64,000 nt of DNA from Ignisphaera sp. (GTDB taxonomy: Archaea > Thermoproteota > Thermoprotei_A > Sulfolobales > Ignisphaeraceae). Location of the stretch: NCBI GenBank assembly GCA_038821645.1, contig JAWBDT010000003.1, forward strand, positions 68,402 to 132,401. Reading direction: 5' to 3'. Shown here piece by piece: positions 1 to 10,661 of the stretch. The position numbers and the translations under genes were made by a program. The notes beneath the pieces are model-generated. The model saw only the letters and a program-made list of their open reading frames with translations, was not told the origin of the DNA and did not search any database. Every line of letters starts with the position of its first letter. Position 1 is the first letter of the stretch.

Positions 1-153
1 GAAGGTATAGACATAAACTCAAACCCTTCACATATATAAACTCTCTTTTGTTTTTTATTCGATACTGATGTTCTATATGAGTTATCAACAGCTTATAGCT
101 TTAGTATATCTTCATCAATCCAGTAACTTAATTGCTAGAGGTGAGACTATACC

Positions 154-1884
154 ATGGTTAACATTAGCAATATATATAATTCTCTAGAGTCTTTCTACTC
201 TAAACAAGAACTCATATGGATGATCTCATCTATATCTAGATTTCATCGAATCCAGGGAAGTAGCGAACTTGAAAAAGCTGTAGACTATATAGCTGAAAAT
301 CTTCTTGATCTAGAGAACTTTGAGATAAAGACATATAGATTCAGTTATGGCGAACGTTACGGTATTCATTACGATATTGTTGGATGGGATGTAGAAGACG
401 GATTTGTGTCCATAGTCAAACCAAAACACAAAATATTAAGTAGATTTCTATCATCTAAAACAGCTGTAGTTGCTCATAGCCCTAAAGGTGATGTAGAAGC
501 AGAAGTTGTTTATGTAGCTGATGGTCTTGATATCAATAGGTATAGAGATGTTGATGATAAGATAGTCTTAAGTTATGGATCTCCATATATAGTTTATAGA
601 ACTGGTTGTAGATTTGGAGCTTCTGGATTCATATTTTTTAAGAGAGATGCTTATGAAGAAGCTGTACCATACATAGGACTCTTTCTGTCTAGAGAAGACA
701 CAAAAACATGTAAAGCACCAGCTGTATCGATATCTAGACATGCCGCTATACATATTATTAACAGTATAGAGAAGGGACATAAGGTTGTTGCAAGAATATA
801 TGTAGAATCTAGCTTTAGAGCAGAAGCCTATATACCAGTACTTGAGCTATCGCTAGGTGATGGAGAAAGAGAAATTCATGCATATGCACATATATGTCAT
901 CCTGCTGGGACAGTTAACGATAATGTTAGCGGCGTAGTAGCACTTATAGAGCTTGCTAAAGCAATTGATAAAGCACTCAATAAAGATAGGATTAGCTATC
1001 CGAGGTATAGAAAAATAATGTTTGTTCTATTCCCTGAATACTATGGTCCACTTCCATATCTACTTGAAAAAACAAAATTCAGCGATATAGAATTTAGCAT
1101 AAATCTCGATATGATTGGAGAAAGACAATGGATAACAAACTCTACGCTTCATTTCATATCTCCTCCCACCATTTTATCAAACAAACTATACGAAGGATTG
1201 ATACTAAAGCTACTAAACTATAGTCTCTGTAAAGTCTCGACATTCTCGTCATCTATAAAGACACTATCATATAGATTTGATGTGGTACCTTACGATAGTG
1301 GAAGTGATCATGATGTTTATCTTCAGTTCCAAATACCATCAGTAATGATTAATCAGTGGCCTGATACCTACTATCATACGGATATGGATGCTATAGATAA
1401 ATTTGATCCAGAGATAACATCATATATATCGATAGCCATAGGTGTAGCCATATATACACAATCTTTAAATCAGTTAAGTGAATCTACAAAAAAGGATATT
1501 GAAGATATGTATACACATATTATCGAAGGTTATAGAGAATTAAGAAAAGAGAAAGAAGATACTATTTTCAAGAAAGCTGAAGACATTGAAGACACAGCTA
1601 TCTATAGATATGTAGCACCTAAAGGCATCATCTCTGTGAGACATCTATACAACTACATAGGTTTTGAAGATGTGTTAAACATAATGAGCGATCTAGAGAA
1701 CAAGTTTATGTATCATCTGTTCTCTAGATACATACCATTGATTCTTTTAGTAAGACCCATGAATATCTATGAGATTGCTAGACACATAGAGCAAGATTAT
1801 GGAAAATCAATAGCATTTAAAGATATTAAAAAGATACTCAATTATCTATACAGAATGGGTATTATAGTGAAAGACCAAGGGTAG
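154..1884 (+). CDS. M28-family (DUF4910-like) Zn aminopeptidase-like protein with PA domain
   Basis: Motifs AHICHP, NDNVSG, PEYYG, NLDMIG, GSDHD, YYHT; SD GAGGTGA upstream of ATG. Confidence 0.75.
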   Translation: MVNISNIYNSLESFYSKQELIWMISSISRFHRIQGSSELEKAVDYIAENLLDLENFEIKTYRFSYGERYGIHYDIVGWDVEDGFVSIVKPKHKILSRFLSSKTAVVAHSPKGDVEAEVVYVADGLDINRYRDVDDKIVLSYGSPYIVYRTGCRFGASGFIFFKRDAYEEAVPYIGLFLSREDTKTCKAPAVSISRHAAIHIINSIEKGHKVVARIYVESSFRAEAYIPVLELSLGDGEREIHAYAHICHPAGTVNDNVSGVVALIELAKAIDKALNKDRISYPRYRKIMFVLFPEYYGPLPYLLEKTKFSDIEFSINLDMIGERQWITNSTLHFISPPTILSNKLYEGLILKLLNYSLCKVSTFSSSIKTLSYRFDVVPYDSGSDHDVYLQFQIPSVMINQWPDTYYHTDMDAIDKFDPEITSYISIAIGVAIYTQSLNQLSESTKKDIEDMYTHIIEGYRELRKEKEDTIFKKAEDIEDTAIYRYVAPKGIISVRHLYNYIGFEDVLNIMSDLENKFMYHLFSRYIPLILLVRPMNIYEIARHIEQDYGKSIAFKDIKKILNYLYRMGIIVKDQG

Positions 1885-1886
1885 CT

Positions 1887-2636
1887 CTATACATTATCTC
1901 CTCTAATCACTTCATCACTCTTAAACACTCCACACACAGGGCATCGTACATTTCTTTTGATTTCTATAGTTCTAAATTCCATATAGAGAAGATCCACTAT
2001 GAGAAGCTTGTTTAATAATGAAGGACCTATACCGAGAAGATATTTTATTGCTTCAGCTGCCTCGATTACGCCGAGGATCCCTGGCGTCACACCTATAACC
2101 GGTATCTTCTTCTTAGGCAAGGGTTTAGGTATTATACATGATAGACACGGGGTTCTATTCGGTATGACTGTTGTGGCTTGACCATACCAACCAATTATAC
2201 CAGCATGAACAAGAGGTTTCTTTAGCTCAACACATAATTTGTTTAATATATATCTAGTTTCCCAATTATCGACAGCATCAATCACTATATCAACATCTTT
2301 GACTATTTCTCTACCATTAGATTCACTAAATTCTTCATCTTTGCATAATACATCAATTGTGCTGTTTAATCTCATGATTTTCTCGCATACAACATCAGCT
2401 TTCTTTCTACCTATATCTTTTTCAGTATATAGTATTTGTCTATTTAGGTCTGAAATCGATACGATATCTCTATCAACAACGTATATTCTACCTACACCAG
2501 CAGCAGCTAAATAAAGTATAGCTGGAGAACCCAGTCCACCAGCACCTACTACAGCTACACTAGAGTTGGATAGCCTTTTCTGGCCTTCGAGACCAAAAAT
2601 CATGATTTGGCGATCGTATCTCTCGTAAACATCCAT
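1887..2636 (-). CDS. ThiF/MoeB/UbaA-family E1-like adenylyltransferase
   Basis: RYDRQ, VVGAGGLGS, SDLNRQ, DAVDN, two CxxC; start set at MDVYERYDRQ (ATG 2636) rather than the ORF-track start 2702. Confidence 0.9.
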   Translation of the reverse strand: MDVYERYDRQIMIFGLEGQKRLSNSSVAVVGAGGLGSPAILYLAAAGVGRIYVVDRDIVSISDLNRQILYTEKDIGRKKADVVCEKIMRLNSTIDVLCKDEEFSESNGREIVKDVDIVIDAVDNWETRYILNKLCVELKKPLVHAGIIGWYGQATTVIPNRTPCLSCIIPKPLPKKKIPVIGVTPGILGVIEAAEAIKYLLGIGPSLLNKLLIVDLLYMEFRTIEIKRNVRCPVCGVFKSDEVIRGDNV

Positions 2637-2764
2637 TGGTTTCACATCAGGATCCTGTTTTACTATCCTATTAAGCATCAGATATATAACTCTATTTATC
2701 ATGTATCTTATGCATTAAGCTTATATTGTATTTATTCCTCTATTTATCTTGAATGTGAATAGCT

Positions 2765-4357
2765 ATGAGGATAGTAGGAACGCTTGAGATAGTATTTAGT
2801 AAAGCTCTACCTATGGAAGCTAAGGATGATATAGAGAAAGTTATTGAGTATCTTAATAATGACTACCTTAAGAAGGGTACAAAAGATCCAAATGAAGCAG
2901 CCAATATAGAGAGTTTCGAGATTGGTGAAGATAGACTAATCATAAAATTGAATACAGGTTCTAAAGTACGTATCGATGAAGCTTCGCTCAGAATAAGAAA
3001 CGTTCTTTCTTCTATACTTGGGAGAAACTATAAGATTGGTGTGAGAAATCTAAAACTTACTGAACCCAAGATACTTCTCGACGGCATTATATCAGTATCC
3101 ATATCACTTCCATTCATAAAAAAAGTTTACTCTGAGGAGAGAAGAACTATTGTTGAACTTAACGATTTATTTGAAAGCGATCTTAAGAAACCTATATTCC
3201 TTAGACTTCTTAGACTTATAGAGGAAAAAGAAAAGAGATATAGGTGGGGTGGTAAAGCTGAACATTGGATTCTACTTAAGAACAGTTCTACTAAACCAGT
3301 TCTATTCTACGAAGATCCGAACAAGATTCTCGAAGAAATTGGATGGATTAAGAGGACCTCCATAGGTCAGTGGATCTATACTCCACCGCTTACACATCTA
3401 CTTAACTCGCTTAAAGAACTATTCCTAGACGAGGTTATCAAGCCCCTAGGTTTTGAAGAAGCCATATTTCCGAAGATGTATCCACTAGAAGTAGGTTTAA
3501 AGACAGGACATCTCAAAGGCGTTATAAACTCTATGGTTTTTGCCTCTCTACCTAAGAGCTACAATATATCTGAATTCGAGCCATTAATAGACTACATGAC
3601 CGTAATGGATGAAGCTCCACCAAAAGAATTACAAAAATATGTAGAACCACCATCATATTTTCTATGTTTTGCTCAATGTGAACCTTTCTACTGGTTCTTT
3701 GAGAACGAAATATTAGATGATAACCTGTTACCTGTTAAGTGGTATGATATGAGTGGACCATCATTTAGATGGGAAGCTGGCGGCATACACGGTATAGAGA
3801 GAATTATAGAATTTCATAGAATAGAAGTTGTTTGGCTTGGAAAACCTGAACAAGTTATAGATATCAGGAATAGGCTTCTAGAAAAATACGAATACTTCTT
3901 AGACAAAGTTCTAGATCTTGAGTGGAGACTCGCTTGGGTAACTCCATGGTTTTATGAACACAGCGGCATAGTCGAAGAGAAAATTGAGATAGATATAGAT
4001 AGACCTGGTACAGTAGATATAGAGGTATGGCTTCCATATAAAGGTAGTAGAGAAGAAAATAAGAATTGGCTAGAAGTAGGCAATATATCTATACACGGAA
4101 CAAAGTTTACACAATCATTTAGAATAAAACACAATAAAGATGAAACTCTATGGACTGGGTGCTCAGGTTTTGGAAGTGAGAGATGGCTGATAGCACTTCT
4201 AGCTCAAAAAGGTTTTGATCCATCTAGCTGGCCTAAAAAATATCTAGAGTATGTTAAGCGTAAACCATTTCCAAAATCCATATCAACAATTACTTATCCA
4301 AAAACTAAAGAAGGTAGAGAAGCTCTTCATCAAATAGACACAAAGATGAGGGTATAA
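2765..4357 (+). CDS. serS: Seryl-tRNA synthetase, type 2 (methanogen-type)
   Basis: Class II motif 2 SFRWEAGGIHGIERIIEFHRIE, AQCEPFY, motif 3 WTGCSGFGSERW; long alpha/beta N-domain instead of a coiled coil. Confidence 0.85.
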   Translation: MRIVGTLEIVFSKALPMEAKDDIEKVIEYLNNDYLKKGTKDPNEAANIESFEIGEDRLIIKLNTGSKVRIDEASLRIRNVLSSILGRNYKIGVRNLKLTEPKILLDGIISVSISLPFIKKVYSEERRTIVELNDLFESDLKKPIFLRLLRLIEEKEKRYRWGGKAEHWILLKNSSTKPVLFYEDPNKILEEIGWIKRTSIGQWIYTPPLTHLLNSLKELFLDEVIKPLGFEEAIFPKMYPLEVGLKTGHLKGVINSMVFASLPKSYNISEFEPLIDYMTVMDEAPPKELQKYVEPPSYFLCFAQCEPFYWFFENEILDDNLLPVKWYDMSGPSFRWEAGGIHGIERIIEFHRIEVVWLGKPEQVIDIRNRLLEKYEYFLDKVLDLEWRLAWVTPWFYEHSGIVEEKIEIDIDRPGTVDIEVWLPYKGSREENKNWLEVGNISIHGTKFTQSFRIKHNKDETLWTGCSGFGSERWLIALLAQKGFDPSSWPKKYLEYVKRKPFPKSISTITYPKTKEGREALHQIDTKMRV

Positions 4358-4361
4358 AGAC

Positions 4362-5039
4362 ATGAGATCCAGATTAGTTGAAGAAGCCCGTAAAAGACCT
4401 CTTCTCCAGGTAGCTCTAGACTTCATAGACCTAGAGGAGGCATTGAGGATAGCTACAAAAGTTGTTGATGCTGGTGCACATATAATTGAAATAGGGACTC
4501 CTCTGGTTAAGACCTTCGGCTTCTTAGCTCTAGACAAAATTAAAAGTGTATCCAAAAACAACTTAATTGTTGTTGATCTAAAGACTGTTGATGCTACAGA
4601 GTTAGAATTTTCAGCGTACCTTAGCAAAGGTGTTGATGGTGTTACATTACTCGGTATAGTTGATGAAGATGTTGTTCAAGATGCGATAAATCTGTGCAGA
4701 AGATATGGTTCAGCTCTAATAGTAGACATGATCTATACTCCCAATCCTGTCGATAAAGCACTAAGATTAGCAGAACTTGGTGTAGATATTGTGGCTATGC
4801 ATCTAGGGGTAGATGTACAGAAAAAACGAGGTTTAACAGCTAGAGAACTACTTAGAGAAGTAGCGGAAGTGGCAGCGAGTGATGTTATTGTTATGGTTGC
4901 AGGAGGAATCAAACCTCATGAAGTAGAGGTATTTGTATCTCATGGGGCAAGAATAATAGTGATAGGTTCAGCTATAACACGAGATCTAGATCCCTATAAA
5001 GCTACTTTAACAGCTCTAAGTATATTGAAACCTCCTTAG
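4362..5039 (+). CDS. hps: 3-hexulose-6-phosphate synthase (OMPDC/HUMPS family)
   Basis: LQVALD, EIGTPL, DLKTVD, HLGVDVQ, VAGGIK, GSAIT. Confidence 0.85.
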   Translation: MRSRLVEEARKRPLLQVALDFIDLEEALRIATKVVDAGAHIIEIGTPLVKTFGFLALDKIKSVSKNNLIVVDLKTVDATELEFSAYLSKGVDGVTLLGIVDEDVVQDAINLCRRYGSALIVDMIYTPNPVDKALRLAELGVDIVAMHLGVDVQKKRGLTARELLREVAEVAASDVIVMVAGGIKPHEVEVFVSHGARIIVIGSAITRDLDPYKATLTALSILKPP

Positions 5040-5129
5040 AACTTGTATATTGTTTTATGTACGTTAAACCTAAAATTCTTTATAAGAGTATCCAGAGAAC
5101 AGACAATAGATATGTTGAGTGAATATAGT

Positions 5130-5465
5130 ATGGCTGATGAAGTTAAACAGAAAGTTATAGAGATACTAAAAAATGTGTATGATCCAGAAATACCTATAAA
5201 TATCTACGATTTAGGTTTAATTTATGAAATTAATGTAAATGATACCGATATAGAGGTTGTCTTAGGGCTCACAACACCTTTCTGTCCTATTGCACATCTA
5301 GTTGTTTATCAAGCAGAATCCATGCTCAAGGAGCACTTCAAAAATAAGAACATCAGTATAAGGCTCGATTTAGGTAGACAGTGGACACCAGAGAGAATGA
5401 CAGAAGAAGGTAGAAAGATTTTTAAAGCTCTCTATGGCTATGATCCCGCTGAAAAAATAGTATAG
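5130..5465 (+). CDS. DUF59/SufT-like metal-sulfur cluster assembly protein
   Basis: VYDPEIPINIYDLGLIY, LTTPFCP, WTPERM; ATG 5130 follows GAGTGA. Confidence 0.85.
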   Translation: MADEVKQKVIEILKNVYDPEIPINIYDLGLIYEINVNDTDIEVVLGLTTPFCPIAHLVVYQAESMLKEHFKNKNISIRLDLGRQWTPERMTEEGRKIFKALYGYDPAEKIV

Positions 5466-5595
5466 TAAGAATGAATAAGAATACTATATTTTGTGTATAT
5501 CTTACTGATTTTCTAGATAAGGTGTTTGCTTAGATGTTGAGTTATTATAGATTTTTAATTTCTTATCCCTATTATCGTAGATGGTGACTCTAATT

Positions 5596-6201
5596 ATGGC
5601 TTATGAAAGAGCTCTGATAGGTGCCACAGCTGTAGGTATAAAGATAAACAACGGTATAGTTATTGGTGCAGAGAAGAGGGTTAGCTACGGTGGGTTTGTC
5701 CTTAGCAAGGTTGGTAAGAAGGTTTTTGTTATAGGCGATAGAATGGCTATGGCTGCAGCAGGTCTCTTTGGAGATATGCAGACTATAAGCAGATTAATTG
5801 TAGCTGAAATTATGTATAGAGAGAGACTAACTTCAAGAAAGATAAGTGTTAGAGCTGCTGCTAAACTTTTATCAGCTATCCTCTATAGCTATAAGCTTAT
5901 GCCATTCATATCAGAAATCATCTTTGCTGGATATGATTCTGATGGATATCATCTCTACGTTCTTGATCCTATAGGATCGTTGATAGAAGATGATTATGCT
6001 GCTGTAGGTACTGGGGGAGCTATAGCTATAGGTATCATAGAGAGTAATTATAACAAGAATATGACTCTAGATGAAGCTGAAGAATTGTGCATAAAGTCTA
6101 TCAAAGCTGCTGCATCTAGAGATGCTGTTTCTGGTGATGGTATAGATATAGCTGTTATTACTAGTAATGGTATTAGGGAGAAGACTATACCTTTAACCTA
6201 G
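5596..6201 (+). CDS. psmB: Proteasome beta subunit, probably the non-catalytic type
   Basis: [31 protein letters not shown]; Ala at the Thr1 position; ATG 5596 after GGTGA. Confidence 0.9.
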   Translation: MAYERALIGATAVGIKINNGIVIGAEKRVSYGGFVLSKVGKKVFVIGDRMAMAAAGLFGDMQTISRLIVAEIMYRERLTSRKISVRAAAKLLSAILYSYKLMPFISEIIFAGYDSDGYHLYVLDPIGSLIEDDYAAVGTGGAIAIGIIESNYNKNMTLDEAEELCIKSIKAAASRDAVSGDGIDIAVITSNGIREKTIPLT

Positions 6202-6261
6202 TTAACCTTATGATTTGGAACAAGTTCTTATAGTATATAGTATTAATTCCTGGTGTAATTT

Positions 6262-6927
6262 ACGAAAATAGGTATACTTGATTTTAATATATCAAGAGCT
6301 AAATCTCTACAAGAACATTTAAGCACTTTTGTAAGAATTGAGCCTCTTACTCTAGAAGCTGTAGAGATTATTGTAGGTGTTGATGTAGGATATAGAGAGT
6401 CTATAGGTGTAAGTGTCGCTGTAGCATATAGCGTTAAAAGAAATAGAGAGGTGTGCCATACTGCTGTAATAAGCGATGTTGCTGTACCCTATATTCCGGG
6501 TCTTTTAGCATTTAGAGAAGCACCAATAATGATTGCAGCAATTAAGGAACTCATACATAAGTGTACTGATTTTGATATAGTTATGGTTAATGGACATGGG
6601 ATTACACATCCAAGAAAATTCGGTATAGCATCACATATAGGTGTAGCTCTAGAAAAACCATCAATTGGTGTAGCTAGAAGTATTCTTTACGGAGATATAG
6701 TGATTGTAGAGAATAAGAAAATAATTGTTGTTGATGGAATTAAAGCTGGATACATTATCGAGACTGGATGGAGTGGAGAAATATATATATCTGTAGGCCA
6801 TAGAATAACACCAGATGAAGCTTTAACTGTTGTTGAAGCTACATGGAATAAGGAGCTTCCTCTACCAAATCCCTTATATATGGCAGATAGTCTAACTAAG
6901 AAGTACAGAAAATATATCAAAAGATAA
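6262..6927 (+). CDS. nfi: Endonuclease V; N-terminus extends upstream of the ORF-track start 6451
   Basis: PYIPGLLAFRE, NGHGITHPRKFGIASHIG, YISVGH; the frame is open from 6259 and contains GVDVGY (6376-6393); start codon uncertain. Confidence 0.85.
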   Translation, partial: TKIGILDFNISRAKSLQEHLSTFVRIEPLTLEAVEIIVGVDVGYRESIGVSVAVAYSVKRNREVCHTAVISDVAVPYIPGLLAFREAPIMIAAIKELIHKCTDFDIVMVNGHGITHPRKFGIASHIGVALEKPSIGVARSILYGDIVIVENKKIIVVDGIKAGYIIETGWSGEIYISVGHRITPDEALTVVEATWNKELPLPNPLYMADSLTKKYRKYIKR

Positions 6928-7057
6928 TTAAGCATTATAACTATCTTCTATTAGTTCTCTATGCATATTAATTCCATAAGCTTTGCAAATAGGTTCTAGA
7001 CTTCGATACATAATCATGTGAAAAATATATAAAACTAAAATTATAGAATCTTGTTTG

Positions 7058-8158
7058 TTATTCATATTCTATTGTTGCAGGTGGTTTAGGTGTCACATCA
7101 AATGCTATGGTCTTTATCTTGGGTAGAGATAGAAGTTCTTCAGCTAACTCATTAAGCTCTTTATAGATATCTATTCTAGGCACTTCTGCAACCATATAGT
7201 CTTCAGTTTTAACAATCCTTATAGCTATAACGAATTCTCCATCTTCTTTTTCTCTAAGCTGTAGGAGTATATGTGGATAATTCTCTGAATTGAATTGTTT
7301 ATAGAGTGTATATACATCCGTAACTTGATTATATCTTCTAACCATAACTGGATGACCATAGATCCTTCTACCATCTATAACACCTGTTGCTTTAACTTTG
7401 AATACCAAATATTCGATATCACCTATGACACCTTTGTCTATGATATCGTGTTCCCATATAGCTGGGAAGTATTGACTATATCCTCTTCCGTTAAGTCTTT
7501 CTTCAACAATAGCTGTAGCTTTTCTAACAAGTTCCAACTTTTCTCTATATAGTTTACCAACAGTACGAACGAGTAGACCTGGTCCAGGAAATGGCTGTCT
7601 TTCTGCAAGCCACTTAGGAAGACCTAGCTGTTTAGCTAAAGCTCTAACCTCATGTTTGTATAGATCTATCACAGGTTCGATAACCTTTAATCCATAGCGC
7701 TTAAGAAGTTCATCAGACAATACATTGTGCTGTGTCTTAATTTTGCCTACAGTTTCAACAACATCAGCCTTGATAGTTCCTTGAACAATCCATCCACATT
7801 TCTTTTCCTCTGCTATCTTCTTTACAGACATATAGAAGGCATCTCTAAATGCTATCCTCTTTTCTTCAGCATCTTCAAGACCTTCGATTCTAGATATGAT
7901 TTCTTCAGAAAAATCGTATATCTCTAGATCTAGAATACCCTTTAAAGCTTCTCTAACCCTGGCTCCTTCATTCATTCTCATAAAACCTGTGTTAATGAAT
8001 ACTGGATACACCTTATCCCCTAAGGCTTTCTTTGCTAAGACAGCCGAAGTTGTGCTATCAACACCACCACTTACACAAGCGACAGCACAATCTATATCTC
8101 TATATAGAGCTCTGAGTCTATTGATAAGCTCATCTATAGATATACCTAATTCAGACAT
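7058..8158 (-). CDS. guaAB: GMP synthase, ATP pyrophosphatase subunit B
   Basis: SGGVDS, QGTI..D, IKTQHNV, RQPFPGPGL, DVTPKPPATIEYE. Confidence 0.92.
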   Translation of the reverse strand: MSELGISIDELINRLRALYRDIDCAVACVSGGVDSTTSAVLAKKALGDKVYPVFINTGFMRMNEGARVREALKGILDLEIYDFSEEIISRIEGLEDAEEKRIAFRDAFYMSVKKIAEEKKCGWIVQGTIKADVVETVGKIKTQHNVLSDELLKRYGLKVIEPVIDLYKHEVRALAKQLGLPKWLAERQPFPGPGLLVRTVGKLYREKLELVRKATAIVEERLNGRGYSQYFPAIWEHDIIDKGVIGDIEYLVFKVKATGVIDGRRIYGHPVMVRRYNQVTDVYTLYKQFNSENYPHILLQLREKEDGEFVIAIRIVKTEDYMVAEVPRIDIYKELNELAEELLSLPKIKTIAFDVTPKPPATIEYE

Positions 8159-8449
8159 AGTCTCACTCTTTTCATAAGTGATGCTACTGCTACTGAGGAA
8201 ATAAAAATCTAGCTGAAAATAATTATATACATAACAATGTAAATATAGTGCTTATGTTATACAGCAACATTCAAAAATGAACCTAAACATTGCAATCAGA
8301 TTAATGTAGTTAACAGATTCAATACAATTTTCAACCTATAGGACTTAAGATAGTTATTTTGTATCCATATAGTTAATGAATATCTGAACCTATGTGACAA
8401 CTGAATTATGATATGTATTAGTATCTGACTTGCAAGTAGATGGAGATCT

Positions 8450-9136
8450 CTACTTCAATTTTTTGACTATGGATTTAACAGCATTAGATACTTCAGCTCT
8501 ATTGATGAGATTTACAGGAACTCTTTTACCCTTGTAACTTGCATCTAGAGAAGCTGAACAAAACATAGCTTCGCTTACTACTTCAAAGAATATAATGGGA
8601 GGTAGAATAGCTATACCTCTGATTTCTCCTTTCTTTATGTCTGATATATTTGTGACAACAGTAAATGAGAAATGCTCTGTACCTACTCTAGCTATCCACA
8701 GTTTATCAGCTTTAGGATGCTTCTTCAGGAATCCAACTTCAACTCCAACGATATCCACAGCATATTCAGGGAAATTATCGTCACCAAGAGCCAATCTAGC
8801 TCTAAGACCTAATAGGATAGATAAGGCATAACGTAATTCTGCTACAGTAAATTTCATCGATACTCCATCAATTCTAATGTTTCTAGGTGGTAGAAGGAAA
8901 GATGATAATTCTCTCACCTGCGCCTCTAGCTGCCTAAGTTCGTCTGAATTGATAAGCATGGTATGTGGAAGATACATGTACTTTAACTTCATCAGAAGAG
9001 ATCTAACTCTTTTAACACACTCTAGAGCATGTCCTCTATTTAGTGGATAAGGTAAACTCCAGCCTTTAATCCTATTCTCTATTCTGTTGACAGCATCTTC
9101 AGCTACTAGAAATCTATAGTCTTCAGCAATAACCAT
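8450..9136 (-). CDS. Predicted RNA-binding protein with C-terminal EMAP/Trbp111-type OB domain
   Basis: KHPKADKLW, VVTN, LPP..FFEVVSEAMFC. Confidence 0.75.
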   Translation of the reverse strand: MVIAEDYRFLVAEDAVNRIENRIKGWSLPYPLNRGHALECVKRVRSLLMKLKYMYLPHTMLINSDELRQLEAQVRELSSFLLPPRNIRIDGVSMKFTVAELRYALSILLGLRARLALGDDNFPEYAVDIVGVEVGFLKKHPKADKLWIARVGTEHFSFTVVTNISDIKKGEIRGIAILPPIIFFEVVSEAMFCSASLDASYKGKRVPVNLINRAEVSNAVKSIVKKLK

Positions 9137-9325
9137 ATATTCAACACCATAGTGTAGAGAACGTGTAGACTAAATATGTTTTGCAACTCCATAGCTACAT
9201 AGATTGATATACACCACGCTACTGACTTACTTAGCTCCATAGGTTACTCTGTTTCTGAATCTAATTAGAAAACAAAATGATGTATTATATTCAACACATT
9301 GATATGGTAACTATATACAAAATGT

Positions 9326-10660
9326 TTAGATGAAATGTTTAGATGTCCTTATGTTTCTTACCAATACATATGGTGCTCTTACTGGTGTCTCTATTTCCCA
9401 CCATTGCATACTATATAGGTCTCTTCCAATCATGTCTATGTTGCTCAATAAGTTATTGAGATTATCTGCTATTCTTATCTTGTTAACAGCTCCTACTACT
9501 CTATTGTTTTCAATTAAAAATATTGCGTCTCTAGCTATAGTCGAAAATGTTCCTTCTACATAGTTTTGTAATCTAGTGTACCAATTGTTAGTTATTACCA
9601 GACCTTTACACACATTCGCAATCATTTCATCTACAGTAGCATCTCCAGATTCTACAGCTATGCTCCAAGGCCTTGGTTGAATCCATCCAGCATTACCAGT
9701 ACTTCTAGTCTTCATAATTGTTGCTGTTTTTGTATTATGTAGCAGAGTCTTTAGTGTTCCTTTCTCGATAACAGGTTTATTGAATGTCTTCATAGCTTCG
9801 TCATCAAAACCTGTGACTCCTGGAAGCTCTATATCTCTAGGTACATCATGTATCGTAAGGTTTTCTGAAGCAACTTTATCACCTATTGCTCTATTCATAA
9901 ATATCGATGCACCCATCATTACCGAGAAAGCTGAAGCCATATCGACTATGTAATTGAGTAAATTTCCAAACACCATAGGGCTTAATATAATGTCATATCT
10001 ATCAGGCTCTATCTCTCTCTTGTTCCTAGAGTCTACAGCAAATCTAGAGGCCATTAGAGCTACCTCTCTAATATTATTTAGATCGAGTTTTGTTGATGTA
10101 TGGCACCATTGTCCTGATCCTTGTCCAGAAAACGCTCTTACATAGATAGTTGTACTTGTTTTTCGTTCTGTTGCTGAAGCACCTTTTGATGAAGATAGCG
10201 ATCTCTCTGTATAGTTTAATTGAATCATACCTGCAACACTATCTATTCTTTCTCTGTGACTAACCTCAATAACTTGTTCAGCAATATCATCAATTCTATC
10301 CATAGCTTCTATTACCAAAGTATCTACAACATTTAGAGGCTCTATCGATTCTAGTTGAGGTAGTGGTGCATAAAGTTGCGACTCAAGGATTTTTGGAGCA
10401 ATAGACAGAAGATCCTTTATCGATTTATCTATATCTTCCGTACTACTAGGTTCTAGTGATACTATAATTATCTTTCTATCTTTTGCTAAATACAGGTCTA
10501 TACCTAGGGTATTCCATCTCTGTATAACGCTTATCTCACTATTTGCTAACTTGGTCATAACGGTACTTCTCTTCGTAACAATAGCTATAGCTTCATCAAA
10601 ACCTTCTCTAAGAGCTTTCTCTGTAAGTTTAACCGATAAATCATGCGCATCTATTTCCAT
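9326..10660 (-). CDS. TldE/PmbA-family protein
   Basis: GFDDE, STGNAG, TNNWYTRLQNY; follows tldD; likely start MEIDAH. Confidence 0.85.
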   Translation of the reverse strand: MEIDAHDLSVKLTEKALREGFDEAIAIVTKRSTVMTKLANSEISVIQRWNTLGIDLYLAKDRKIIIVSLEPSSTEDIDKSIKDLLSIAPKILESQLYAPLPQLESIEPLNVVDTLVIEAMDRIDDIAEQVIEVSHRERIDSVAGMIQLNYTERSLSSSKGASATERKTSTTIYVRAFSGQGSGQWCHTSTKLDLNNIREVALMASRFAVDSRNKREIEPDRYDIILSPMVFGNLLNYIVDMASAFSVMMGASIFMNRAIGDKVASENLTIHDVPRDIELPGVTGFDDEAMKTFNKPVIEKGTLKTLLHNTKTATIMKTRSTGNAGWIQPRPWSIAVESGDATVDEMIANVCKGLVITNNWYTRLQNYVEGTFSTIARDAIFLIENNRVVGAVNKIRIADNLNNLLSNIDMIGRDLYSMQWWEIETPVRAPYVLVRNIRTSKHFI

Positions 10661-10661
10661 T

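Noticed and set aside
1-39. 3' end of an upstream CDS (EGIDINSNPSHI*)
   Set aside because: Too short to support any call.
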